A stretch of DNA of 63,236 nucleotides, counting the filler, from Octopus bimaculoides (Eukaryota), in NCBI RefSeq assembly GCF_001194135.2. It is 6 parts of 5 records of this genome, joined end to end, with 100 filler letters (N's around TTAATTAATTAA, not from the genome) between each part and the next. Parts side by side here need not be neighbours in the genome. Positions count along the whole stretch, not along the records: positions 28,362 to 35,089 come from NC_068984.1; positions 35,190 to 45,072 come from NC_069000.1; positions 45,173 to 56,449 come from NC_068986.1; 3 more parts are not named here. The stretch is one strand, 5' to 3'. This document shows positions 34,790-48,193 of the stretch, piece by piece. Position numbers and translations under genes: made by a program. A model generated the notes under the pieces. It worked only from the letters and a program-made list of their open reading frames with translations, did not search any database and was not told where the DNA came from. Each line of letters begins with the position of its first letter. The first letter of the stretch is position 1.

Positions 34790-35070
34790 AGTCCTTTCTG
34801 GCGAAGATCGTCAAAGGCTCGAAACGTCAAGGACTTTTCCATTCTTTCTGAGCGTCAAACTAATACACCTGCTTGTTGTTCCTTCACCTTCCTTCGTCTT
34901 TTGTTTTCTATAAATTCGAACTATATATATATATATATATACTTGAAATTCATAGAAAAACAAAAGACGAAGACAGGGATATGAACAACAAGCAGGTGTT
35001 TAGTTTGACGCTTGAGAAAGTGAGAAACTCTTTTCCGTTTCGAGCCTACGTTCTTCAACGGAAAGGAATA
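34790..35070. mobile_element. Inverted pair of Penelope-like terminal repeats around (TA)n
   Basis: 34790-34921 (+) and 34942-35070 (-) are homologous (GCGTCAAACTAA..CACCTGCTTGTTGTTC..CTTCGTCTTTTGTTTT); each carries a CTCGAAACG hammerhead-like motif. Confidence 0.65.
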
Positions 35071-35201
35071 AGGGATATATATATATATANNNNNNNNNNN
35101 NNNNNNNNNNNNNNNNNNNNNNNNNNNNNNNNNTTAATTAATTAANNNNNNNNNNNNNNNNNNNNNNNNNNNNNNNNNNNNNNNNNNNNTATAAACGTTC
35201 A

Positions 35202-35297
35202 GCTTGAGACTATAGTAGAAGACTCTTACGGAAGGTTCTGAACCCGTCACCATGTGATTACGAAGCAAACTCCTTACTACACGGCCATGCACGCGCC
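35202..35297 (-). mobile_element. SINE family A, 5' fragment
   Basis: CTATAGTAGAAGAC..CTGAACCC..CCATGTG..AAGCAAACTCCTTAC. Confidence 0.65.
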
Positions 35298-35767
35298 AAT
35301 GTTCTGTTCTGATTCCGATTAACTCCCAAATACAGTTTGAGACATACTCCGAATGTAAATGAGATTCTCCATCATACTATCATTAATATAGTAATTACGT
35401 CCCTCCATTCTATGTTTTAAATTGAAGGGCAAATAATTAAACCTTACCCTCTTCCTTTTAAAATCTCGTTCTCTCTTAATCTGGTTCTCTCTTAATCTCG
35501 TTCTCGTAATTTTGCAAGCCTGCTTTCACCCTGTCCTTCATTTTTAATTTACACATCGCTCTCGCTTTACTCTCTCTCTTTCTCTCTTCCCTCCCTAACT
35601 CTTTTTATTCAATCTCCAAACCCTCTCTCCCCCCCCCGTTCTTCTCTTTCCCCATAACCCTCTTCTCTCTCTCTCTATCTATCTATCTATCTCTATCTCT
35701 CTCCTATCTGTCTTATTTTCGAAAATTACAAGTTGAAGATTAATGTACAAATACGCTGGTATACTGC

Positions 35768-35830
<63 letters not shown>

Positions 35831-36372
35831 TATTTTAAACAGGAAAAGATTAACAGCGACTTGACAGTTTCGGTTCAGTTACTTTCGTCAGAATGTAAGA
35901 CTTCCTTGGGTTTTTTTTTCAAAACTTATATATATTTTGATTCATTTTGTGGGCGGAGCATATTGGTTTCAAAGTCGGTGTGGTTTAATAATGCGTTTTT
36001 TCGGTGATGGCGGGTTGGGGGTGCAAATAAACAGACATCTTCGTCAATAATTTGATCGAGTGAACAGAAATACGGCGTTGCGAAGCAAAGGAAGATGGAT
36101 AGGAATAAGGAGGAGAATAAGAACTGAACGAAAGCAACAACAACAGCAACAACAAGGTGAACGTGTTTTATGTGGTAGAGAAAAGGAATATGGGGGAGGG
36201 GGAAGAAAAACGCTGTTCTGGTTGGGTAGGTGTCTGTTTATTTCAAGCTGGAGAACTCTCCTTTGCTTCGATTAATTATATTAAATGTAAGGAATTAATG
36301 ATTGGTTTTATATTCTGGTTTGAGTTCAATGAAGCATGACTGTGAACATAGGTTCGATTTCTATAGGGTTAA

Positions 36373-36389
36373 AGGTCAAAGACAGGTCA
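36373..36389 (+). promoter_or_regulatory. Perfect DR5 nuclear-receptor motif AGGTCA-AAGAC-AGGTCA
   Basis: Sequence match only; overlaps DR1-like GGGTTA-A-AGGTCA (36366-36378). Function untested. Confidence 0.35.
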
Positions 36390-36904
36390 TGATCTGGGAT
36401 TTGTGTTCAAAGGTCGCCTCCAAGTGTAAAATCAACAAGGGAAGTGGATTGTTGTTAAGATGGTTATGTCTTTTAAAAATAGACCGCTTGTCCGCTTGAA
36501 TATTGCTTTGATTCATTCCGTTGCTACTCTGAGTTCATAAATGTGTTCTGTATGAAGCTCTTTTGCGTATGCTCGACTGTAAAGAAGGGACATATTTATG
36601 AGATAGTCAATAGCAGCCATATTGTCTTCCGGTGACTGAAACAATAACAATCAGGTGATCTACATCGACCAATGAGAATCGCCTTTCCGATATTCCCTTA
36701 ATATATCTCTTCTCTCAACCGTTGGCCCCTTGCATCCAGAATATCAGACCATGTTTTCCTTAATTCTTTATCAGTGTTGGAGAATTCTTCATTTTTTAGC
36801 TTATTTCCTGTTTTCACTTGGATTTGGTCTTAATTGTCGCAAGGAATTTGTTGAATCGAAGTAAAAATATTTTCAATAAATCAACAATTTATCGGATATG
36901 GTTT

Positions 36905-36995
36905 ATCTTTCATCTTTTACTTGTTTCAGTCATTGGACTGCGGCCATGCTGGAGCACCGTCTTGAAGGGTTTAGTCGAACAAATTGACCCTAGAC
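36905..36995 (-). mobile_element. SINE family A, 3' end
   Basis: TTGTTTCAGTCATTGGACTGCGGCCATGCTGGAGCACCG. Confidence 0.85.
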
Positions 36996-38050
36996 AATTA
37001 TTTTAGCACTAATTCTCTCTAACTCAAGATGGCTACAGTTGATAAGAGGTTGCAAGTGGAATTTTTCCGTAGTGAGGACTAGCTTTGTCCCCACTGCACC
37101 ACTCAGGTGAAGTGTGCAGCGTAAGGGTCGAAACGCTTGCAACTCTGAGATACCTGCTGACGATACGGAAAGGTATCCAGCATTGCAATGTATTTAGAAG
37201 GGCTTGCAAAATCTCTAAGTAGTCCCTGAGGGTTCTGCCTGGGGTAAAGCATCTCTGATATTTATTTCACCTATCGTTATTTATTCATCTTTGTTATCCA
37301 TATTCGCGCCAATGAGTTAAGTCTCTCAGCTCGATTTCATTTAGTCTTCTCACAGTTTCCTTACTGAGCGTACTCTGTCTCTTTATCACAGAGCTAAACC
37401 CACAGCCGCATTTGGAAATCATATATGTCTTTCGCAAAACTCATCCAATACATTAAAACAATTTAATTTTTATGACTCAAAACAATGTTCAGTTGTATAG
37501 CTGGTCTTTTCAAAGCACGTCTAACCAAAATTAATCTTTTTAACCGTAAAATGCTATCAGCTGAAAAAGTCTGCGTTCATACAATTAGCATTTCATTGTT
37601 TATTCTTTTGAGAAAATGAGCTCCCAGTACAAAGATTGAAAGAAAGCTATGTCCAGCGTTTATCGCTTTTGCTAACGTTTCTGCTATTGTCCAGGCCTTA
37701 CTAACAGACAACAGAATCGTTTCAATAGAAACTATGAAAAATAGCATTATAATTCTATCACTGGCTGAACGGCTCGAAATAAAGTAAAATTCGTGAACTG
37801 CTGCCACGCATGCTGATTGGTATATTTGTCTAAAAGTATTTCACTGTCCGCCATGTCGTGGTGAAGATAACGAAAATATGTGATGATAGGAAGATGTGTG
37901 CGTTGTGAGGCGGGAATGTATATAGGAGTTGGGGGGGGGAGGTCACTGATAAATAATATTTTTGGTTTGTGCAAAATAAATAGGCAGAGGGTGGATAGAG
38001 GGGTAAAGAAAGAGAAACCGAGAGATACAGAGAGATGAATGGATGGATGA

Positions 38051-38511
<461 letters not shown>

Positions 38512-38749
38512 GAGAGTATCGGCGGTTTTGCTGAATGAAGCAGGTGTCTGCTGCTCCTATTAACTTTACGTTCGATCGATATGGAAAGCAAATCAAGATG
38601 ACTGATTATATTATATGTCACTGTCTCTTTATGCCAGAATATATAGACATGTGTTTGTGTTTACTCGTGTGTGTGTGCGTTCGTGCGTGTGTGTGTGCGT
38701 TCGTGAGTGTGTGTGTGTGTATATGTGTGTGTATGTATGTGTATGTGTG

Positions 38750-38797
<48 letters not shown>

Positions 38798-39395
38798 TGT
38801 GTATAGAAATACAAATACACGGGGGGAGACAATTGGATAATGTAATCAACTAGAATTTGCTTTCTATATTTACGATCGGATGCAAACTTAATAGAAACAG
38901 ATTCAATGATAGAATGTATTTTATTATATAACACAATTATAATGTGTGTATGTGTATATATANNNNNNNNNNNNNNNNNNNNNNNNNNNNNNNNNNNNNN
39001 NNNNNNNNNNNNNNNNNNNNNNNNNNNNNNNNNNNNNNNNNNNNNNNNNNNNNNNNNNNNNNNNNNNNNNNNNNNNNNNNNNNNNNNNNNNNNNNNNNNN
39101 NNNNNNNNNNNNNNNNNNNNNNNNNNNNNNNNNNNNNNNNNNNNNNNNNNNNNNNNNNNNNNNNNNNNNNNNNNNNNNNNNNNNNNNNNNNNNNNNNNNN
39201 NNNNNNNNNNNNNNNNNNNNNNNNNNNNNNNNNNNNNNNNNNNNNNNNNNNNNNNNNNNNNNNNNNNNNNNNNNNNNNNNNNNNNNNNNNNNNNNNNNNN
39301 NNNNNNNNNNNNNNTATATATATAGTTGTATGTATGTATCCATACATATATTTATATGGATGGATGTTATTTTTTATTTGTATGTTTGTAGGATA

Positions 39396-39860
39396 GAGTA
39401 GCAGACGCCATCAAAGCGACCCTGGGCAACATATATACGAAGCCTAATATGCCTATCGAGACTACTTGTCTGATAAGGATACACCAAACATATGCATCAC
39501 AATCATACATGCGTGACACGGTGACCTAATATCATGCTAAACAGCGCATGACATTGCGGTTGTGACCTAGTTTGAATTTTCTTCAGGTCGAGTAGACAAT
39601 CCCGTTAGAAAGGTCCTTGAATAAGGGTTGTTCAAGGATTGTGAACGAAACACCATTTTTCAAGACGGTGAGTTATTCAAACCCTCAAAGAATTCCTCTC
39701 AACACATGGTTATGAATTTCTCCCACTTCTCCTGTTCGTGATCAGAGACGCACATATTGTCTGCCACTACGGGACATGCTCAAATGGTTAAGATCAACTG
39801 ACAAGCCTATCTTTTACTCCAAGTCTTAACACTTCCAATCAGCCACGCCATGAGGACCAC
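39396..39860 (-). repeat. Dispersed repeat family D, diverged inverted copy
   Basis: Reverse-complement similarity to 5236-5783 (TTTTCTTCAGGTCGAGTAG, GTGATCAGAGA..CACATAT, GGGACATGCTCAA). Confidence 0.8.
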
Positions 39861-40414
39861 GACAACGAATTCTTTAATCATGTTCGCTAAAATTTAAATT
39901 TGATAAACTACAGAATTAAAATCCTTTCTATTTACACGTAGAATATCTATTATGAAATCTACCAACAAGTACAGTTTTAGCCAGTCTCAGAGATCTCTTT
40001 GTCCGTGTGTATGCTTATGTATTTGTACGTTCGGGTGCGTCTTCGCATATGCAAATGACTGTTCATATATTCAAAGGTGTCTGTATGTGCGTTTGCCCTT
40101 CTTAGATTGCCCGATGTGTTTATAAATCTTACGAGTGCTAATGTGTGTGTATGCTCGTATGTGCCTATCATTCTGTTAACCTTCTCACGTGCTTGTGTGT
40201 GTGTGTGTGTGTGCGTATGTCAGTGTTCTAAGACTGTGTGATATTTTAATAAGTTTATGCATGTTTGCGAGCGTAAGTTTCTATATTCGACTCTGCATAT
40301 GTTTCAATGTGTGTGCGTACGTCGTTGTCCTGAGACCGAGTGGTATATTTATAAGTTCATGGGGGCTTACGTATGTGAGGAGCTTTGTTCGAATATATGT
40401 GTTTGTGTGTTTGT

Positions 40415-40537
<123 letters not shown>

Positions 40538-40802
40538 TTGTGAACTTCATTTCCATATAAGATATAATTGTTTGAGTGGAAGTGGAGAAAAATTATTAAA
40601 TATGCGGTTTTGTTAATTTGCAGTCTGCACTTGTGATTGACAGCCGGCGTTATTTACATCGTCTGTGCAATTATCTGGTTGATGGTTCAACACACTGGCT
40701 TCGTGTTGGACTGTCACGATTGGGTATCTAATTAATCTCAGATTATTAATTAGATGTGAGAGCGAGAATGAGAGAGAACGAGAGACAGAGAGNNNNNNNN
40801 NN

Positions 40803-40848
<46 letters not shown>

Positions 40849-40895
40849 AGAGCAGATAGGACAGAATTGATAAATGAAACGGAAATAGGCAGAAC

Positions 40896-40927
<32 letters not shown>

Positions 40928-41095
40928 GAGGGAGAAAGAGAAAGAGAGAGTGAGTGTGATAGACAAACAGAGACACAGAGACTTAGATAGACAAGCAAAC
41001 AGGCAGATATACGGACGGACAGACATACAGACAGACAGTAGATAGAGAGATAGAGCAACCGACAGGCAGGGAGGCAGACAGACAGATAGATAGAT

Positions 41096-41134
<39 letters not shown>

Positions 41135-42036
41135 NNNNNNNNNNNNNNNNNNNNNNNNNNNNNNNNNNNNNNNNNNNNNNNNNNNNNNNNNNNNNNNNNN
41201 NNNNNNNNNNNNNNNNNNNNNNNNNNNNNNNNNNNNNNNNNNNNNNNNNNNNNNNNNNNNNNNNNNNNNNNNNNNNNNNNNNNNNNNNNNNNNNNNNNNN
41301 NNNNNNNNNNNNNNNNNNNNNNNNNNNNNNNNNNNNNNNNNNNNNNNNNNNNNNNNNNNNNNNNNNNNNNNNNNNNNNNNNNNNNNNNNNNNNNNNNNNN
41401 NNNNNNNNNNNNNNNNNNNNNNNNNNNNNNNNNNNNNNNNNNNNNNNNNNNNNNNNNNNNNNNNNNNNNNNNNNNNNNNNNNNNNNNNNNNNNNNNNNNN
41501 NNNNNNNNNNNNNNNNNNNNNNNNNNNNNNNNNNNNNNNNNNNNNNNNNNNNNNNNNNNNNNNNNNNNNNNNNNNNNNNNNNNNNNNNNNNNNNNNNNNN
41601 NNNNNNNNNNNNNNNNNNNNNNNNNNNNNNNNNNNNNNNNNNNNNNNNNNNNNNNNNNNNNNNNNNNNNNNNNNNNNNNNNNNNNNNNNNNNNNNNNNNN
41701 NNNNNNNNNNNNNNNNNNNNNNNNNNNNNNNNNNNNNNNNNNNNNNNNNNNNNNNNNNNNNNNNNNNNNNNNNNNNNNNNNNNNNNNNNNNNNNNNNNNN
41801 NNNNNNNNNNNNNNNNNNNNNNNNNNNNNNNNNNNNNNNNNNNNNNNNNNNNNNNNNNNNNNNNNNNNNNNNNNNNNNNNNNNNNNNNNNNNNNNNNNNN
41901 NNNNNNNNNNNNNNNNNNNNNNNNNNNNNNNNATATATATATATGTATGTATATATACACACATACACACATACACACACACACACACAGATAGCACTGA
42001 CAAAGGATCACGCGGTTATCCGATGTGACTCTCCAA

Positions 42037-42340
42037 AGATCCTCTGAAACAGACAATAACGAGTTCCAGCATCGAACCTCAATCCCGGGCACCACATGCA
42101 CCAGACTCAACAGAGAGGCACTTCATCATCCGGATCAACGTAGAACATTTCGATAAGCAATGTCTCGAAAAGATGAAGATCAATAGCTGCGACGAAAGAC
42201 CTGCCAATTCCCCAAGGCCTAAACCGATCATTGAATGGGTCCTCTGTGTACGATTTTTCTACGCAAAAATCGGTTTTCCAGACATTAGAGGCACCGACAG
42301 AAACGAAGGAAGAAATTCTCGGAATCGAGGAGTCGATAAC
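42037..42340 (+). pseudogene. Possible decayed Tc1/IS630 transposase C-terminal fragment
   Basis: Open frame CLEKMKINSCDERPANSPRPKPIIEW..FYAKIGFP resembles the WP.NSPDLNPIE.W motif; weak. Confidence 0.45.
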
Positions 42341-42769
42341 AAGGATGGCACACGTATAGATGCAGACATGTATATATATTATAATACCAAAAGCACACGC
42401 ACATAAACACATATATATCTAGATAGATGGTGATATATATACACACATAAATGCATACACACACACATAAACAGATATATGTGTGCGTGTGTGTTATGTA
42501 TGTATGTATATATATATATGCCCACACATACATACATATATATATATATACAGAAGCACACACACACGCGGAACCATGTGGTTGGTAAGCAAGCTACTTA
42601 CCACACAGTCACTCCAGCGCCTATATATATATATATATATATATTTATACCTATACATATATATNNNNNNNNNNAAACAAGGAGAAAAAATAAAGAATGT
42701 GTAGTGGCTAGCGATCTATCATGGCGAATGTATATATATATATATGTGTGTGCGCGTGCGCGTATATAT

Positions 42770-43150
42770 GGAGGCGCAATGGCCCAGTGATTGGGGAAGA
42801 GGACTCGCGGTCGTAGGATCGCGGTTTCGATTCCCAGACAGGGAGTTATGAGTGTTTATTTAGCGAAAACACCTAAAGCTCCACGAGGCTCCAGCAGGGG
42901 ATGAGTGACGAACCCTGCTGTACTCTTTCACCACAACTTTCTCTCGTTCTTTCTTCCTGTTTCCGTTGTACCTGTATTTCAAAGGGGCCAGTCTTGTCAC
43001 ACTCTGTGTCACACTGAATCTCTCCGAGAACTACGTTAAGGGTACACGTGTCTGTGGTGTGCTCAGTCATTTGCACGTTAATTTCACGAGCAGGTTGTTC
43101 CGTTGATCGTAGCAACTGGAACCCTCGTCGTAGTAACCGACGGGGTGCCA
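42770..43150 (+). mobile_element. SINE family B, full length (more diverged)
   Basis: Colinear with the 23138 and 50961 copies; no clear TSD. Confidence 0.9.
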
Positions 43151-44029
43151 TGATATAATATATATATATATATATATANNNNNNNNNNNNNNNNNNNNNN
43201 NNNNNNNNNNNNNNNNNNNNNNNNNNNNNNNNNNNNNNNNNNNNNNNNNNNNNNNNNNNNNNNNNNNNNNNNNNNNNNNNNNNNNNNNNNNNNNNNNNNN
43301 NNNNNNNNNNNNNNNNNNNNNNNNNNNNNNNNNNNNNNNNNNNNNNNNNNNNNNNNNNNNNNNNNNNNNNNNNNNNNNNNNNNNNNNNNNNNTTTTTACG
43401 CTTTCAAAGAATCTTTATAAAAATATTATGGTTTACAACGCTCGTCTTTTCGTAATAAAAAAAGAAAGCTAGTTATTTTAGTTCTGCTTTTTACACGCCT
43501 ATTTCGTTCTCCTTAAGAAAAAATGGATGATTTTAAACGTTGCTAGTTAGATATTTTCAGAAGATCCAATTTTGCAACATCTTGTTACAGTTATCTTCGA
43601 ATAAAAGTTAAAAGCGAACGACAATTCTGTTCCTTCTTTATGCTTAATGGAAATAAAACATTTTTTTTTTTTTTACGTTTAATTTTCTCTCAAACATTCA
43701 AATAATATCAAATTCTCTTCCAACTTCATTAAACATTATCTTTTAGTTAATGTTAAAACTGTACAGGTTGTCGTCAAGATTCCACTGTCTTCATTTCTTT
43801 AGTATGGTAAATCGAAATTTTTTTTTTTATTCCGATATGTTCGATAACAAATTTCCTGTCTTTTTTTTTCTTTTTTACCTTTTATTTCGTTTGCTTTTTG
43901 ATGTTCTCGTAATGTTATATAAAACTCCAAAGATTCCTAGCAAATTTTACAGATAAAAAGTTTCTATATTATTATTAGTCTCATCATTATTACTAAAACT
44001 ACTACTACTACTATTATTATTATCATTAT

Positions 44030-44041
44030 TATTATTATTAC

Positions 44042-44087
<46 letters not shown>

Positions 44088-44510
44088 GGATCATGTTTGG
44101 TCTTATTCCTCGTAGGATTTATCTGGGTAGTGGGTTATTATCTGTAACCTTATGTATCCATAAGTTTTCGGCAGTCTTTCAAGTGCTTAGAACCCTCCTG
44201 ATAATCCTTGCTGTCCCAAAGAAACAAACTTTCTGTAGGATCTCTACTGGGCATTTAATTTGAATCTCCCTCAGTCATTTCTCTATATCTTGGCTTGCTT
44301 TTCTCAACGCACCAATCATTATAGGCACCACCTTTGCTGTTCGCATGCTCCAAATTCTTCCTATTTTAAATTTTAAGGAAGTGCATTTTTTGTTTTTGTT
44401 TTTTTTTCTTCTTCTTTCTTGGCGATCCTGGAATCAAATGGGTATGACGGATCGATAAGTAAGCAACTTTACTTTTTCTTATTTATGATTGTAATATCTG
44501 GTCTATTATT
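44030..44510 (-). mobile_element. 3' end of an RLE-type non-LTR element with 3' UTR and (AAT)n tail
   Basis: NNRPDITIINK..CLLIDPSYPFD..IGRIWSMR..VVPIMIGAL..LQKVCFFGTARIIRRVLST*, then ~80 bp UTR and (AAT)n. Confidence 0.8.
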
Positions 44511-44512
44511 TT

Positions 44513-44850
44513 CTAATTTCTTGTCCATTTGAATAGGAAAGCCTCACAAAATCTCATATTTCTCCAACTCAAGTACTCTTCCAGTTGCCTTAAGAAGTCT
44601 TTAGATTTCAATGGGATTGAGCCCAGCGCTCCGATCACCACTGATGTCACTTTTACATTAGCCTCTCGCATTCCATACAGTCTTGCCATTTCCGCTTTCA
44701 ATTCGGAGTACTTGGTAAAGCTTTTTCAACCTCTTTACTCACAACATTCATGTCATTTGGTATGGCTACATCAATGATCTCACAGTATTTGTCTCTTTTA
44801 TTCAATATGACAATATCCGGTCGACGGTGTTCGATTACACGATCCGCCTG
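44513..44850 (-). mobile_element. Second RLE-type non-LTR fragment abutting the first
   Basis: IEHRRPDIVILNKRDKYCEIIDVAIPND..KEVEK, then (frameshifted) KAEMARLYGM..VVIGALGSIP; (AAT)n at its 5' side (44857-44908). Confidence 0.8.
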
Positions 44851-44857
44851 AATATCA

Positions 44858-44910
<53 letters not shown>

Positions 44911-45172
44911 TTGCAGGACCAGAGTTTCTGTGAAAATTTCCTGCAGTATTTGTTCCGGTCTGTTAAGTTCTCAGTTCTTTTCTTTTTGTTTCATTTATAC
45001 ACAACTCGTGCACATATTTTATATAGGCAGACATTCAGACAGATAGACAGGCAAGCAGGCACAGAGAGAGAGNNNNNNNNNNNNNNNNNNNNNNNNNNNN
45101 NNNNNNNNNNNNNNNNTTAATTAATTAANNNNNNNNNNNNNNNNNNNNNNNNNNNNNNNNNNNNNNNNNNNN

Positions 45173-45308
45173 ACCAAATCCACTCATAAGGCTTTGGTCG
45201 GCCCGAGGCTATAGTAGAAGACACTTGCCCAAGATGCCGCGCAGTGGGACTGAACCCGGGACCATGTGGTTGATAAACTAGCTACTTACCACAAAGCCAC
45301 TCCTACGC
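45173..45308 (-). mobile_element. SINE family A, 5' half
   Basis: Close match to 3875-4005. Confidence 0.88.
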
Positions 45309-45318
45309 CTATTATCTA

Positions 45319-45366
<48 letters not shown>

Positions 45367-45421
45367 CATCATTATTATACACACACACACACACATATAT
45401 ATACATATACATACACACACT

Positions 45422-45452
<31 letters not shown>

Positions 45453-45747
45453 GCTGTATGCATGTATATATGTATTCCAGATTCAAATAATTTTCTATTC
45501 GTCTGTACTTTGTCCCGGTGTTGCGGTGTAAGTAACGTAGTTCAAATAGTGGCAAACAGAAACTTAAATGAAACCGTATAACAGAAATCAAACAATGAAA
45601 TCAGTTACTGCCATTCGTACTACCATAATGCCTTGTGTGTAAACATTGCTTGCCAGCTCTAGTGAAACTTTTTGTATTATTCTTTCAAGTTTCAGAAAGA
45701 AGTGAACCCAATGAATCATCCTCATAACTTATATCCACTGACTTACT

Positions 45748-46010
45748 ATTACCTCCGCCGTAGCAAAAGCGGAGGTATTGTTTTTCAGTGGTGTTTATTT
45801 GTCCGTGGACAAGATATCTCAAGAACCGCTGAATGGATTCGGATGAAACTTTCAAGGATGTTTGGCTTCGGGTTCCTTTTAGTATTCTCTTTTGTGAGAG
45901 CAGTCGAGTTTATTTCAGATATTCTCATTTCAAAAAATCATCTCTGGCTAATCGTTGAGATGAGGTTGGTGTTGCCTTCGCGGAGGTTGCGCTCTCTGAG
46001 TGCTCTTGTT
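45748..46010 (+). mobile_element. Non-autonomous Helentron/HINE-like element
   Basis: 5' TTACCTCCGC with adjacent inverted GCGGAGGTA (hairpin), 3' subterminal GCGGAGGT (45980) and terminal stem-loop GCGCTC-TCT-GAGTGC. Confidence 0.7.
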
Positions 46011-46288
46011 TGTATTTATTACAATTTAAACGTATATAATAGCTGCAGGAATGAAGAAAGGACGCGTGTCAATTCTACTGTCTTCTTCGAGCTTCCGGGC
46101 AGCATATCCATGCAAAGTCTTTTATTTTTGCATTTTTGCACGCAGGACATGCATCGTTTTGGCGTGTTCTCAGCACAACAATCTGTTACTTGCACATAAA
46201 AACATTTATCATTTATATTAAATACTATTTATCTCTCATCAGATGGAGTACCTTTTTTGTCGATCTTACTATCAACGAACAGTACACC

Positions 46289-46326
<38 letters not shown>

Positions 46327-46643
46327 TATTTGATTCGACCCTCGTCTGCGTGTGTCTAGATCATGGTATACATATGCACGTAGATACGTGTGGATATATA
46401 CATTCATAAATACATACGTAAATATGCGACTCTGTGTGTGTGTGTGTGTGTGTGTATAGTGATGGATTCGAGGGTGTTGTTTATTTATGAGTGGATTTCT
46501 TAATTTCACCGGAGTATAGTATAAATTTCTCTTTGAAAATCATAGGATACGCGATCTGTGTTAACTACATCCTAAAGATGGAACCTTGTATCTTTGTTGG
46601 AAACCGGCTCCCTCTTTAGTGGAAGATTTATAATAATTCAAAA

Positions 46644-47106
46644 ATAGAATGGACATACATACACAGAAACTGTGTAGAATTATGGAAATCAGCTGCCCAG
46701 CGGATGTTAGCGAAAAACTAAAGATCAGCGAATAAGAAAATACCTACGCTGAACTATTGAGGAATCTACAGCTACCTTATTCGAATTACAGGTTCAGGAT
46801 TATACCTGTAATTATTGGGGTAGTGGAATATGTAACACTCTGTCTAAGTGCCAACCTTCAAGAATTAAGCTTCTTAAAACCAGAAAGGAGAAAGCTGATT
46901 CGAAGACTATAGATCTAAGCCATCATTGGAACTGTAAAAATCTGTAAATCTTTCCAGAAGTTTATCATTTAATTATACACGAGCGTGTCTAGACATGCAA
47001 TTATATGTATGAAAATACATACATAACACGAAACATACAAATTTGCTTATATACACACAAACATACATACATACATACATACATGCATACATACATACAT
47101 ACAAAC

Positions 47107-47137
<31 letters not shown>

Positions 47138-47225
47138 ACCTGCTGATGTTGTTGAAATTTCAATGAAGGAGCCTTGAATTTAGGTTAGAAACCGGTTCTT
47201 TCTCTGTTGGCAAGAAATCTTAATA
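46644..47225 (+). mobile_element. 3' end of a third RLE-type non-LTR family
   Basis: CRIMEISCPADV..TYAELLRNLQLPYSNYRFRIIPVIIG..IIGTVKICKSFQKFII* (to 46972), followed by a probable 3' UTR with (ACAT)n. Confidence 0.7.
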
Positions 47226-47912
47226 ATGACATACATACACACACGTACATTTGGCCACATAAATACATACATGCAAACAAATATTATTACACTGTTCTAT
47301 TACACTTCTTTATTTGTCGATTGGTTAACTATTTAACCAATTAATTAATCGATTGTTTGTTTAAACGTTCGGTCAATCAATCAATCAGGTTTATCCAAGT
47401 CCTTTCGCCATTTGTAACTTCAACAATGATACATCCTCTAAATGATATGCCCTCTGCTTCAGCTTTACACATACATACATACATACATACATACATACGC
47501 ACACACACACATACATATATACATACATGCATGCATACATCAGAGGACACATAGACACGCGCGTGCGTGCTATGGTACACATACAAGCAAACACATATTT
47601 ACCTACATTCATACAACAAAAGCGAATATCCTAAGATCTCAAGGTTTCAGACATTTTGCTCAAAACTGACATCTTTATATAACACATCAGACATGACGTT
47701 GTTGTTTTCGGTGAGACACTAAATTCCGCATTCTCACATTCTGCAGGAATAGGCATCAGACCTACAAGAATTACCTGATATAAATTAAACTAAACTACCA
47801 TCTTAACTAGAAGGTTTCTGTCCGTACGTCCATTTGCCTGTCTGTCCATCTCTCTCCCTCCCTCTGAATCTACATCTATCACCTTATCTTTCTCCCTTTT
47901 TGTCTATCTATT

Positions 47913-47952
<40 letters not shown>

Positions 47953-48153
47953 ATGCGCGCTGTCACTTGCTGCTTTTCATTTTCTGCATCTGACACTCCT
48001 TGTCATATCTGCTATTCTATGTCTGTCTGTTTGCACTCCGTCTGGGTCTGACATTGCTTCTTAATCTCTGTCGACCCATATATATGTATATGCATATATA
48101 TANNNNNNNNNNNNNNNNNNNNNNNNNNNNNNNNNNNNNNTTGTCTATCTATT

Positions 48154-48193
<40 letters not shown>

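Noticed and set aside
35858-35900. Minus-strand CTGACGA..GAAACTGTC as a hammerhead
   Set aside because: Stem II and stem I pair poorly; chance match or too decayed to support.
37577-37974. Overlapping short ORFs on both strands
   Set aside because: No homology or codon evidence; lengths are compatible with chance.
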